From assembly GCA_003696875.1 (NCBI GenBank), contig RFHL01000743.1:1-32075 (forward strand): 32,075 nucleotides of DNA, written 5' to 3'. The position numbers were made by a program, and so were the translations under genes. This DNA is from Bacteroidota bacterium (lineage in GTDB: Bacteria > Bacteroidota > Bacteroidia > J057). Position 1 is the first letter of the stretch. Every line of letters starts with the position of its first letter. This document shows positions 24,631 through 32,075 of this stretch, in pieces. The notes beneath the pieces are model-generated. The model was not told the origin of the DNA and made no database searches. It was given only the letters and a program-made list of their open reading frames with translations.

Positions 24631-25218
24631 TTACACCTTCTCCGCAATATAAAAGCCATAGCTGTAAAAGTCCTGGTACGTCCGGTACAGCTCGATCTCC
24701 GCGCGATGCTCGGCGACCACCTGCCGGGTCTTGTCCGACAGCCCGGCCTTTCGGGCTTTTTGCTCCAACTGCTGAGGAAAGTCCGGAAAGAAGTCCACGG
24801 CGGTGATGTGCCCGTCCAACTGCCGGGCCAGTGTGCGGGTCTGGCTGCCTGATTCACAGCCGATATCGGCTATGCGCAGGGCTTTCTGCTCGGCGATGTC
24901 CACACAGGACAGCGCTCTGAGGGTGTCGGCTTCACTGCCGGGTCCCTGCCGCTCGGCCGGCAGGTGAAGGTCGATCAGGTACTCGAGCGGGGTCATGTCG
25001 GTGAAAAAAGCGGTGGTGTGTTCTTCGCCCGCCCGCAGATAGTAGCTCCGCAGGCAACCCGACAGCACAAAGTAGCCTTCCCGGGGAAATTGGCCGGCGG
25101 CCAGCAGCACGTGGCCTTTTTCATAAGTCCGGAAGAGATCCAGCCCGATGATGGCGGCTTTCTCGGCCTCGGTCAGCTTGAGGAAAGGGGAGAGAAAAGC
25201 AAAAAGTTGGTCTTCCAT
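24631..25218 (-). pseudogene. Chimeric ORF: Crp/Fnr cNMP-binding N-terminal fragment fused to an internally deleted class I SAM methyltransferase
   Basis: An ATG at 25218 (MEDQLFAFLSPFLKLTEAEKAAI...GYFVLSGCLRSYYLRAGEEHTTAFF) encodes a cNMP-binding beta-roll with no HTH. It runs into ...PAERQGPGSEADTLRAL...LRIADIGCESGSQTRTLARQLDGHITAVD, which is methyltransferase motif I. It then jumps to a C-terminal tail, ...EIELYRTYQDFYSYGFYIAEKV. Confidence 0.55.
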
Positions 25219-25291
25219 AAAAAAGAGCGTTTTTGTCCCCAAAGACGGGCCAGCGCCAGCTGCGGTTGGTCGGCCGGCAGCTTTTTCCGGG

Positions 25292-26839
25292 CTACTTCCG
25301 TATCCATGTAGCCACACCCCGCCGGCGGCCATCGTGGACGTGTACCACATAGATGCCCTGGCTCGCGGCCGGGAGCGCAACAGAGAGGATCTGATTCCCG
25401 GGGGCGACCCATTCCTGTCGCCAAGCTACGCGCCGGCCATAGGCGTCGTAGATGGTGGCCGTTACCAGGCCATGTCGCAGGGCGCTGAAGTGGAGGTCCA
25501 ACTGCTGGGCACGGGCGTGGAGGCTGAAGGGAAGGCGACTCGGCGCCGCCAAGGCGGCGGGCTCATCCTGACGGTAGAGCTTGGCGATGAACTGGCCGGC
25601 GGGGTTTTCGCCGGTGATAAGAACGTCGGTCCGTTGGTCGCTATTGACATCGGCGCAGGCCAGCGCGCCAAAGCGAACACCGTCGAAGGGCGTATTCGCC
25701 ACCTCGGTAAACTGACCCTGGCCATCGTTGAGGTAGAGTTGGGTAACCCGTTGACCCCCCGGGTTTTGTCCGGCCATAAGGATGTCCGGATGGCCGTCGG
25801 CATTCAGGTCGGCAAAGGCCATGTCGCTGCGCCACAGGCCGGTAAAGGGCTCCCCGACCTGTTCGGTAAACTGACCCGTACCATCGTTGAGGTATAGCCG
25901 GGCGATGCCCTCGCCGGAGAGACTCCGGGTACCGGTGAGAAACACATCCGGCGAGCCGTCGCCGTTGACATCGGCCAGGGCTACGGAGCCCTCATACACC
26001 CCCGAAAAGGGGGTGCCGCTCGCCTCGACAAAGCTGGCTGTCCCGTCGTTGAGGTACAGCCGGGTGATGGGTGTGGTCAGGCTGTCTTGTCCGTTTAGCA
26101 GGATATCCGGATGACTGTCCCCATTGACGTCCCCGATGGCGAGATCGCTGAAGCGCACCCCAGCGAAGGAGTTGTCCATCAGCTCGGTAAACTGTCCCTG
26201 CCCGTCGTTGCGGTACAGCCGCGCGATGCGGCGGTCGGCACTGTCCTGGCCGGTGATCAGCACCTCCGGTCGGCCGTCCTGATTGAGGTCGGCCAGGGCG
26301 AGGGCGCCGTACCACACCCCGGCAAAAGGGGTGCCCGGCATCTGGGAAAAATTCCCCTGTCCGCCATTGAGATACAGCTGGGTGACCCGCCGGGCGGAAT
26401 CGTTCCGCCCGCAGAGGAGGACATCGGGCTGCTGGTCACCGTTGACGTCGGCGACGGCCAAGGCGCTGGCCGTCAGGCCGGGGAGTAGGGCAGTGTCCTG
26501 CTCAGCAAAATTCCCTTGTCCGTCGTTGAGGTAGAGCCGGGTGATGCCTCCCTCGTTCATGCTGTTGCCAGTGAGCAGGATATCCGCATGGCTGTCGCCA
26601 TTGAGGTCCGCTACGGCCACGCCCCCGAAGCGCACCCCCGCCAAAGGCGGGGATTGGATCGATTCGGTGAAGCGCTGGGCAAAAAGCCCCGGCCCCAGGC
26701 TGAGGAGCGTGGCCAGGAGCAGGAGCGTAGCGGTCCGATGCCAATCGCTTCCTTTCAGCCGGATGGGGTAGGGAGCAATGTCGGAAAATTCGCCCCAGGA
26801 CTGGTTGGGGTTGAAAAAATGGATGTCACTCGGGTCCAT
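25292..26839 (-). CDS. Seven-repeat FG-GAP/VCBS beta-propeller protein with T9SS C-terminal sorting domain
   Basis: Seven units of about 53 aa fit the pattern ADLNGDxxPDILLTGQ....TRLYLNDGQGxFTE...PFxGV. The C-terminal ~80 aa (...LVTATIYDAYGRRV...GIYVVHVHDGRRRGVATWIRK) fit a Por/T9SS CTD. The hydrophobic signal segment begins about 35 aa after the ATG at 26839, so the true start is uncertain. Confidence 0.85.
   Translation of the reverse strand: MDPSDIHFFNPNQSWGEFSDIAPYPIRLKGSDWHRTATLLLLATLLSLGPGLFAQRFTESIQSPPLAGVRFGGVAVADLNGDSHADILLTGNSMNEGGITRLYLNDGQGNFAEQDTALLPGLTASALAVADVNGDQQPDVLLCGRNDSARRVTQLYLNGGQGNFSQMPGTPFAGVWYGALALADLNQDGRPEVLITGQDSADRRIARLYRNDGQGQFTELMDNSFAGVRFSDLAIGDVNGDSHPDILLNGQDSLTTPITRLYLNDGTASFVEASGTPFSGVYEGSVALADVNGDGSPDVFLTGTRSLSGEGIARLYLNDGTGQFTEQVGEPFTGLWRSDMAFADLNADGHPDILMAGQNPGGQRVTQLYLNDGQGQFTEVANTPFDGVRFGALACADVNSDQRTDVLITGENPAGQFIAKLYRQDEPAALAAPSRLPFSLHARAQQLDLHFSALRHGLVTATIYDAYGRRVAWRQEWVAPGNQILSVALPAASQGIYVVHVHDGRRRGVATWIRK
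25562..26644 (-). repeat. Coding tandem repeat of about 159 bp x 7 (FG-GAP blades)
   Basis: The periodicity was read from the protein (residues ~66-426). The repeat lies entirely inside CDS 25292..26839. Confidence 0.8.
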
Positions 26840-26866
26840 ATTGTTGGCGATGGAGAAGGATTCTCC

Positions 26867-27487
26867 CTACCAACGCGAGACATTTGGGGAATGTTGGCTG
26901 GGTCGCCAATAGGCCAGGGCGACCATGAGTCCGACAAACAGGAGCGAATACCCAAGCCGCGCCGCCCGGCGACTCGGGCTCGCCGCCTCCTTTTGCCCCC
27001 AGGGGGCAAAGCGGGCTTGCTGGGGTGTCGAGATAAACCGCCCCTTGCCTGCCTGAGACAGTTGCCAGCTATGGTGGTTTTGGGCCTGATCAAAAAGGTT
27101 GAATAGCAAGCGGTTCTCGATTTCGAGATCAGGCAGGGCTCCTGCCGTGACCGGGAACAGCAGGCGCACGCTCAGGCTGTGGCTATGCTGCCCATCGCCG
27201 AGGGCGATGGTGGTGGGCTGGAGGCGGGTCTTTCCCTGCCAGACGCGGATGTTCTCGGCCAGGTATTCCCGAAAACCGTCCTCCAACTGCGCCCGGCTGG
27301 AGGCTTGCTCCAGTTCCGGGAAGCGGGCAAAGACTGCCTGGCGAAAGGCCCAGGGGAGCTCAATCTTCATCCTCAACTGATCGGCTTCCCAAATCAGCCG
27401 CGCATAGGTTTCCTGTGGGCTGTGTGCCCGGAGGGAGCCGGCCAGCAGCAGCCCCCCGAGGATCCATGACCAGAGCAGGCGGCTCAT
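26867..27487 (-). CDS. Secreted, C-terminally anchored hypothetical protein with predicted mature N-terminal His (possibly DUF6702-like)
   Basis: The start overlaps the stop of the YHYH gene (tcat at 27484-27487). The signal peptide is MSRLLWSWILGGLLLAGSLRA followed by HSPQ (His codon 27422-27424). The C-terminal TM helix is LGYSLLFVGLMVALAYW. The family call is tentative. Confidence 0.7.
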   Translation of the reverse strand: MSRLLWSWILGGLLLAGSLRAHSPQETYARLIWEADQLRMKIELPWAFRQAVFARFPELEQASSRAQLEDGFREYLAENIRVWQGKTRLQPTTIALGDGQHSHSLSVRLLFPVTAGALPDLEIENRLLFNLFDQAQNHHSWQLSQAGKGRFISTPQQARFAPWGQKEAASPSRRAARLGYSLLFVGLMVALAYWRPSQHSPNVSRW

Positions 27488-28578
27488 ATGCGGAAGTCGT
27501 TGGAGGGACTACCCTTCAGGCAGCGGGACAGGAAGGGATAGGTATCGGTGATGACGTAGTAATAAATGCCCCCCGGATACTCGGGGGTGACGCCGGTGCG
27601 GCCGTTGCAGGCATCCAGATCCCCCAGGCCGGGGGTGTACTGCCAGTCATTGGTGTAGACGCCGTTGTATTCGCCACAGGGGGCAGAGGTCCCGTCGCCC
27701 GGCCGCTCGCCGGTCTTCAGTTCGTAGCTGGAAGTGAGGGCCTCTACGCCGCTGCCGGCGTCGTCGGGGTCGGTGTAGCCATACTTGTAGTAGATCGGAA
27801 AGCCGTCGGCGGCATAGCCGACGAGGACCATTTCGTCCCCGGCAAGATTCAGGCCCTCCAGGTAGAGGGCGGGGGTGCCGTGGTAGTGATACTTGCCGTT
27901 GGGCTGGACATGGGCGTTGTTGCAGTCCAGTCCCAGGTTGATGATCATGGCATCGAGGTTCCATTCCCAATTGACGTTGGTGGCAAAGAAGCCCTCATGG
28001 GGCCAGGGCTCGGCCGCGACGGGGTCAAGCAGGACACCATTGAGCAGGACCCCAAAGGCGTAGGCGGGGCCTTGCTGGGGGTTGAGGAGTTCGGTGGGGG
28101 TACCGGCCAGGCTGGGGGAAAGAGGGACCGTATAGGTCTTTTGCACCTCGGCGATGGCATTGGGGTTCAGGGAGCCGGGGCCCTGTCCGAAGAGGCCCAC
28201 GAGGTGGGCCGGGATAGAATTGGAGGTGATCACGCGGCTGCTGCCACTTTCCGAGAGGCTGACATTGGGGGTGAAGGCCAGGCTCTGGTTGCAGGCCCCC
28301 CGCTCGCTGAGGTCGACCGGGACTAGGGTCAGGCTGCTGGGCCCGATCTGAATGGTCTGTGGGGGGCAGTCGGAGCTGTCTAAGGTGTCGTCGGGGTCGT
28401 CGGCATTGGCTACATAGCCGGACGGCTGCGCGCAGGCGGTTTCGCTGACATTGGGATTGCCCAGGCCGTCGCCATCGGCATCCTGGTACCAGACGCTGAG
28501 GCAGTCGTCTTTTTTACAGGCAGAAAATGCGATCAGGGTTCCGGCAAGGAACCAAAGGAGGAGCGGGAAGTACTTCAT
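27484..28578 (-). CDS. YHYH-domain lipoprotein with N-terminal D-x-D-G-D-G-x-G-N motif
   Basis: Lipoprotein signal (LIAFSAC). It contains YQDADGDGLGNP...C.QPSGYV.NADDPDD, and NGKYHYHG with the YHYH codons at 27880-27891. Confidence 0.85.
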   Translation of the reverse strand: MKYFPLLLWFLAGTLIAFSACKKDDCLSVWYQDADGDGLGNPNVSETACAQPSGYVANADDPDDTLDSSDCPPQTIQIGPSSLTLVPVDLSERGACNQSLAFTPNVSLSESGSSRVITSNSIPAHLVGLFGQGPGSLNPNAIAEVQKTYTVPLSPSLAGTPTELLNPQQGPAYAFGVLLNGVLLDPVAAEPWPHEGFFATNVNWEWNLDAMIINLGLDCNNAHVQPNGKYHYHGTPALYLEGLNLAGDEMVLVGYAADGFPIYYKYGYTDPDDAGSGVEALTSSYELKTGERPGDGTSAPCGEYNGVYTNDWQYTPGLGDLDACNGRTGVTPEYPGGIYYYVITDTYPFLSRCLKGSPSNDFRI

Positions 28579-28769
28579 GAAAAGGGGCTTTTACAGGGTG
28601 ATGCCCCTTAGACCAGCGGCAGACCGGAAGCATTCCCGGGCCGGGGAGTTTTTCAAGATTAGCGGCAGCAGGGCTGCCGCAGCCATCTGGTTTCCGTGTT
28701 TGGAAGCGATGAGGGCCTGGATGACCCTGTTCAGGGCAATCCGCTGCCGGGAATAGCTGTTGATCAGCG

Positions 28770-29060
28770 CTATGACCCAGGGCGCTCATAGTCCAGCTGC
28801 CGGCCTTTCACTTCGGCTTTTTTGTCCATGCCGGCCCCGATGCCCATGCCGATGACCATCCCGATGGGAATGCCGATCGCCATGAATCCCATGTTATCCA
28901 GGCTGTTCCCAAAGATGAGGCCCATCGGAACGCCAAAGATGGACATGCCCAAAGCCATCCTTTGCGCACGGTAATGGTTTTGGGGGACGAGATTCGCCTC
29001 CTTTTCGACCAGCTTTAGAATCGCCTGTCTCCGGCCGGTCGCCGGCGTTCGGATTCTCAC
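28770..29060 (-). CDS. Small membrane protein with glycine-zipper-like helices
   Basis: GVPMGLIFG...GFMAIGIPIGMVIGMGIGAGM. The tracked start is GTG at 29060 and the next ATG is at 28958, so the start is uncertain. The family is not recognised. Confidence 0.5.
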   Translation of the reverse strand: MRIRTPATGRRQAILKLVEKEANLVPQNHYRAQRMALGMSIFGVPMGLIFGNSLDNMGFMAIGIPIGMVIGMGIGAGMDKKAEVKGRQLDYERPGS

Positions 29061-29183
29061 CGGCAGGTTCTCAATTATATTTCCCCCCGCTTGGCGGGGG
29101 CGGGGGCCCCACCTTTGTCTCAGTGCCTGGCAGGATGAGTCTGTCCCCAGCCATATGTCTCACCCTCAATCAACTGAATTCTC

Positions 29184-30162
29184 ATGAAAAAGCTATGGAT
29201 CCTCGCCCTGCTCGTGCTCACCGTCGTGGGTGCAATAAGTCTGAATCAGGAAGCGGTAGACAAAGAAACCGCCATGCAGTCGATCTTGGACAAGGATCAT
29301 GCAGCTACGGGCCGAGGGGGCCCTGGAGCTGGACGATCCGATTGCCACCTATTTGGACAGCAGCCTGCTGCAGGGGCTGCATGTATACGAGGGCCAGGAA
29401 TATTCCTATGACCTCACCATCCGGCAACTGCTGGCGCACACGACCGGGTTGCCCGATTATTTTGAGGGCGAAGGCAGCAATGGGCGCAGCCTCAAGGATG
29501 AAATGGTCAGTGGGCATGACCGGTTCTTTTCCTTTGCCGATATCCTGGCCCGGACCAGGGCAATGACGCCGCATTTCGCTCCGGGTACCCCCGGTAAGGC
29601 TCATTATTCTGACACCAACTATCAGCTCCTGGGGAAGGTCATTGAGGCCCTCACCGGCGAGTCCTATGCGGCCAATGGTAAGGCGCGGATCATCGATCCG
29701 CTGGGGCTGACCCATACCTACCTCTACCAGGACAGCACAGATCAAAAGCCCTACCTGTTTTATGCCAAAAGTGCCCCGCTGCACATCCCGCAGTCTATGG
29801 TCTCCTTCGGGCCAGATGGCGGGATCGTTTCCACCTCGAAAGAGTTGCTCGCCTTTACCCGGGCCTTTTTTACCGGGCAGCTGTTCCCCACCGCCTACCT
29901 CGCCGAGATGCAAAGCTGGAATGACCTCTTTACGCCCATGCAAGCAGGCGTGGGCGTACAGCGGCTGAACCTGCCCTGGTATTTTGATCCGACTGGCATC
30001 GCACCCGAGCTGATCGGCCACGTGGGCCTCTCTGGCGTGGTGGCCTATTACAGCCCTGAGGAAGACCTGTTTATCGTAGGCACCGTCAACCAGCTCGCCC
30101 ATCCTGAGGTCGCCATACAGACCTTGCTGAAGCTGATCGGGGTGGCGAGGCGGGCGGCCTGA
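29184..30162 (+). pseudogene. Serine hydrolase (beta-lactamase family) lacking the S-x-x-K segment
   Basis: 29184 encodes a signal peptide and an N-terminal segment (MKKLWILALLVLTVVGAIS...AMQSILDKD). Homology resumes in another frame at about 29296 as (I)MQLRAEGALELDDPIATYL, which in intact paralogs such as 10513..11577 follows the SxxK helix. About 55 aa are missing, including the nucleophile. The Y-x-N motif (YSDTNY) is retained. Confidence 0.6.
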
Positions 30163-30225
30163 GGGGGCGAAGGCTGCCTCCGGAACGCTTTTCCTGAGAG
30201 GCTACTTTGTCTGGCCTCAACCGGC

Positions 30226-31188
30226 TCAGAACCACAGCGTATCCCGCCGTACGGTATAGCCTCCGAAAACTCCCAAGCCCCCCTCGGCATTGCTGTACAT
30301 GGGCAGTGGGGCCTGGCTGGCGAAGAGAATCTCCAGGTCGATAAGGCGATATGAGGAGACATGCTCGGCGTATTCCTTGGCCAGCCGGTAGGCGGGTTCG
30401 TTCCAGCTTTGCCATTCCATTGCCAGGTAGGCGGGTTCGTACAGTTCGTCCGGCTCGTTGAGGAAATCCAGAAAATCACCCTCAAATACCAGCCTTACCG
30501 ATTGGCCGTCGAAGTCGGTGTCGGGCAGGAGGTAGCCCAGGCTGGTCCAGTCCGCAGAGGGCTGCCCAAGGGGCTCCCAGGTGGTATTGATGCTGCGAGA
30601 AGGGAACTGGGTCTGACTGGTGTCCAGCGCCCGCTCACGGTAGAACCCTATGAGCCGGTAGTGATTGGCCGTATCCGGCGGGTCTTGCAACGAGGCCAGC
30701 CGCCGCTGGATGCGGTCCCCATCTTCATTGATACCTGCTTCCGGGATAAACTCAAATCCAGATACCTGCGGCAGCGAAGGCATCACCATGTCCTGCCGCA
30801 GCGCAGGGAAGTCAGGATGCGTGACGACCAGCTGGTATGAGGTGGCAGGCTCCGCCAGGTGCTCCGAGAAATAGCCATACCGGGTCCACGCATCAGAGGT
30901 CGACACCGTCACGCTGTCCCCCTGCCTCAGTTGGAGGACTTCCTCCAGTTGCCCATCCCGCCACAACTCGACCCGGGCATCAGGCAGGTAGATGTCTGAC
31001 TCGTTTACGTTTTCATTCAAGCCGAAGCTGCGCGAAACAAAGACCTGGAACACCTCGCCGGATCGTACCAGGCAATTGGCCACCAGCCGGGGCTGGTGCG
31101 TGGGCAGGGGAACCTCCAGTTCGCGCTCGCAGCTCAGCAGGGCAAGGCCACAGACGAGCATCAGGAAAGAGAGTGGGTGCTTGGTCAT
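30226..31188 (-). CDS. DUF4249 family lipoprotein
   Basis: An ATG at 31188 (MTKHPLSFLMLVCGLALLSC lipobox) within ORF 30226..31218. It lies directly downstream of a TonB-dependent receptor, which is the usual context for this family. Confidence 0.8.
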   Translation of the reverse strand: MTKHPLSFLMLVCGLALLSCERELEVPLPTHQPRLVANCLVRSGEVFQVFVSRSFGLNENVNESDIYLPDARVELWRDGQLEEVLQLRQGDSVTVSTSDAWTRYGYFSEHLAEPATSYQLVVTHPDFPALRQDMVMPSLPQVSGFEFIPEAGINEDGDRIQRRLASLQDPPDTANHYRLIGFYRERALDTSQTQFPSRSINTTWEPLGQPSADWTSLGYLLPDTDFDGQSVRLVFEGDFLDFLNEPDELYEPAYLAMEWQSWNEPAYRLAKEYAEHVSSYRLIDLEILFASQAPLPMYSNAEGGLGVFGGYTVRRDTLWF

Positions 31189-31231
31189 CGTGTTGAGTAT
31201 GAAAAATCGACCTGACAAGTAGCGAAAGGGC

Positions 31232-32075
31232 TTAAAAGGCCACGCTATAACTGATGGAGGGGGTGATGGGAAACAGGCTAAGTTGGGTTAGCACGAGGTC
31301 ACCCTGTTGGCCCAGGTTGGGGTCATAGCGCTGCCTGAGTTCGTAGTAGAAAGGGTTGCGGCGGCTGTAGGCATTGTACAGCCCCAGGCGCCAGATGCGG
31401 GTCCCCCAGCTTTTTTCCTTGCTGAAGGAGAGGCCCAGATCCAGGCGGTGAAAGGCCCGCATGCGGAAGTTGTTGCGGCCCCCTTCGTAGAGGTAGATGT
31501 CGCCCGCCACATCGCCGCCCCGGTCCCCGGGCGCTGGGAAGGCGTTGCGGTCCTGAAAAAAGCTCTCATGCCTGCCCGTGGGCATGGTGATGGCCTGTCC
31601 CGTGCTGTAAACCCAGGAAGCCGACAGCTCTATTTTGGGAGTAAACGAATACATCCCCACCAGGCTCAGATCATGGCGGCGATCGTAGCGAAAGGGGTAG
31701 CGGGCCCCCTCATTGACCCCCTCAAACTGCCGCCAGTTCCAGGCCAGGGTGTAGCTCATCCACCCACGCAGGCGTCCCTTTTGCTTGCGCACAAACAGCT
31801 CTGCGCCATAGGTCTCGCCGAGGCCACCGGCCTCGATGGCATTTTCCCAGCCATTGCGGGCCCCCTCGAAGTAGCTGTAGCCCTCGCGGCAGTCGATCAG
31901 GTCGCGCATCGGTTTGTAGTAGCCCTCCAGGGAGGCCTCCCAATCGCCCTGAGGCGATTGCCAGGCGAGTCCCGCCGCCACCTGATCGCTCTGCTGGGGG
32001 GGCACCTCGTCGGTGGCCGGGACCCACAGGTCCACCGGGATGCCCACCGACTGATTGACCAGCAGGTGCAGAAAC
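31232..32075 (-). CDS. TonB-dependent receptor, C-terminal part (5' end outside the window)
   Basis: The frame stays open to the window edge (FLHLLVNQSVGIPVDLW...). It has a beta-barrel strand pattern and a terminal ...SISYSVAF ending in an aromatic residue. Confidence 0.85.
   Translation of the reverse strand, partial: FLHLLVNQSVGIPVDLWVPATDEVPPQQSDQVAAGLAWQSPQGDWEASLEGYYKPMRDLIDCREGYSYFEGARNGWENAIEAGGLGETYGAELFVRKQKGRLRGWMSYTLAWNWRQFEGVNEGARYPFRYDRRHDLSLVGMYSFTPKIELSASWVYSTGQAITMPTGRHESFFQDRNAFPAPGDRGGDVAGDIYLYEGGRNNFRMRAFHRLDLGLSFSKEKSWGTRIWRLGLYNAYSRRNPFYYELRQRYDPNLGQQGDLVLTQLSLFPITPSISYSVAF

Noticed and set aside
25562-26644. Regular periodicity of about 159 bp that could be mistaken for a CRISPR-like or satellite array.
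   Set aside because: The repeats are in frame inside one long ORF and translate to canonical FG-GAP blades. There is no repeat-spacer organisation.
27415-28326. A 303-aa plus-strand ORF.
   Set aside because: It is antisense to the YHYH lipoprotein gene. It is Gly/Ala/Val-rich shadow sequence.
29084-29100. Hairpin cccccgc-ttg-gcggggg as a terminator.
   Set aside because: It lies in a divergent promoter region between genes starting at 29060 (-) and 29184 (+), so no transcript ends there. It is probably incidental or regulatory.

Overview
This is a GC-rich segment (about 60% or more by eye, not computed) with Bacteroidota hallmarks. These include a T9SS C-terminal sorting domain, a TonB-dependent receptor next to a DUF4249 lipoprotein, a membrane-embedded AraC regulator and many lipoprotein-type signal peptides. 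I call about 25 apparently intact CDSs and about 7 decayed genes. I recognised no rRNA, tRNA, CRISPR array, transposase or integrase. Five things stand out. (1) A minus-strand cassette (8792->4238) encodes a secreted, C-terminally anchored TPR-CHAT caspase-fold protease, an ECF sigma factor and a single-pass TPR anti-sigma-like protein. The sigma and anti-sigma genes overlap by ATGA. The parts match the type III-E Craspase/Csx30/RpoE circuit, but there are no Cas genes, and the protease is predicted to be extracytoplasmic. This is my best candidate for an undescribed system. (2) An operon (28578->25292) encodes a YHYH lipoprotein, a tail-anchored protein whose predicted mature N-terminus is a histidine, and a seven-blade FG-GAP T9SS cargo protein. 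(3) A dispersed palindromic repeat family has a 29-nt core that is identical at two loci, with two diverged copies forming an inverted pair at a third. Short pyrimidine-rich heptad arrays also occur at three sites. (4) Gene remnants are unusually dense: RND pump and SGNH hydrolase fragments, a racemase deleted between its two homologous halves, a Crp::methyltransferase chimera, a frameshifted sulfatase, and a serine hydrolase missing its S-x-x-K region. (5) The left edge is sharply AT-rich. The long ORFs antisense to real genes are high-GC shadows.
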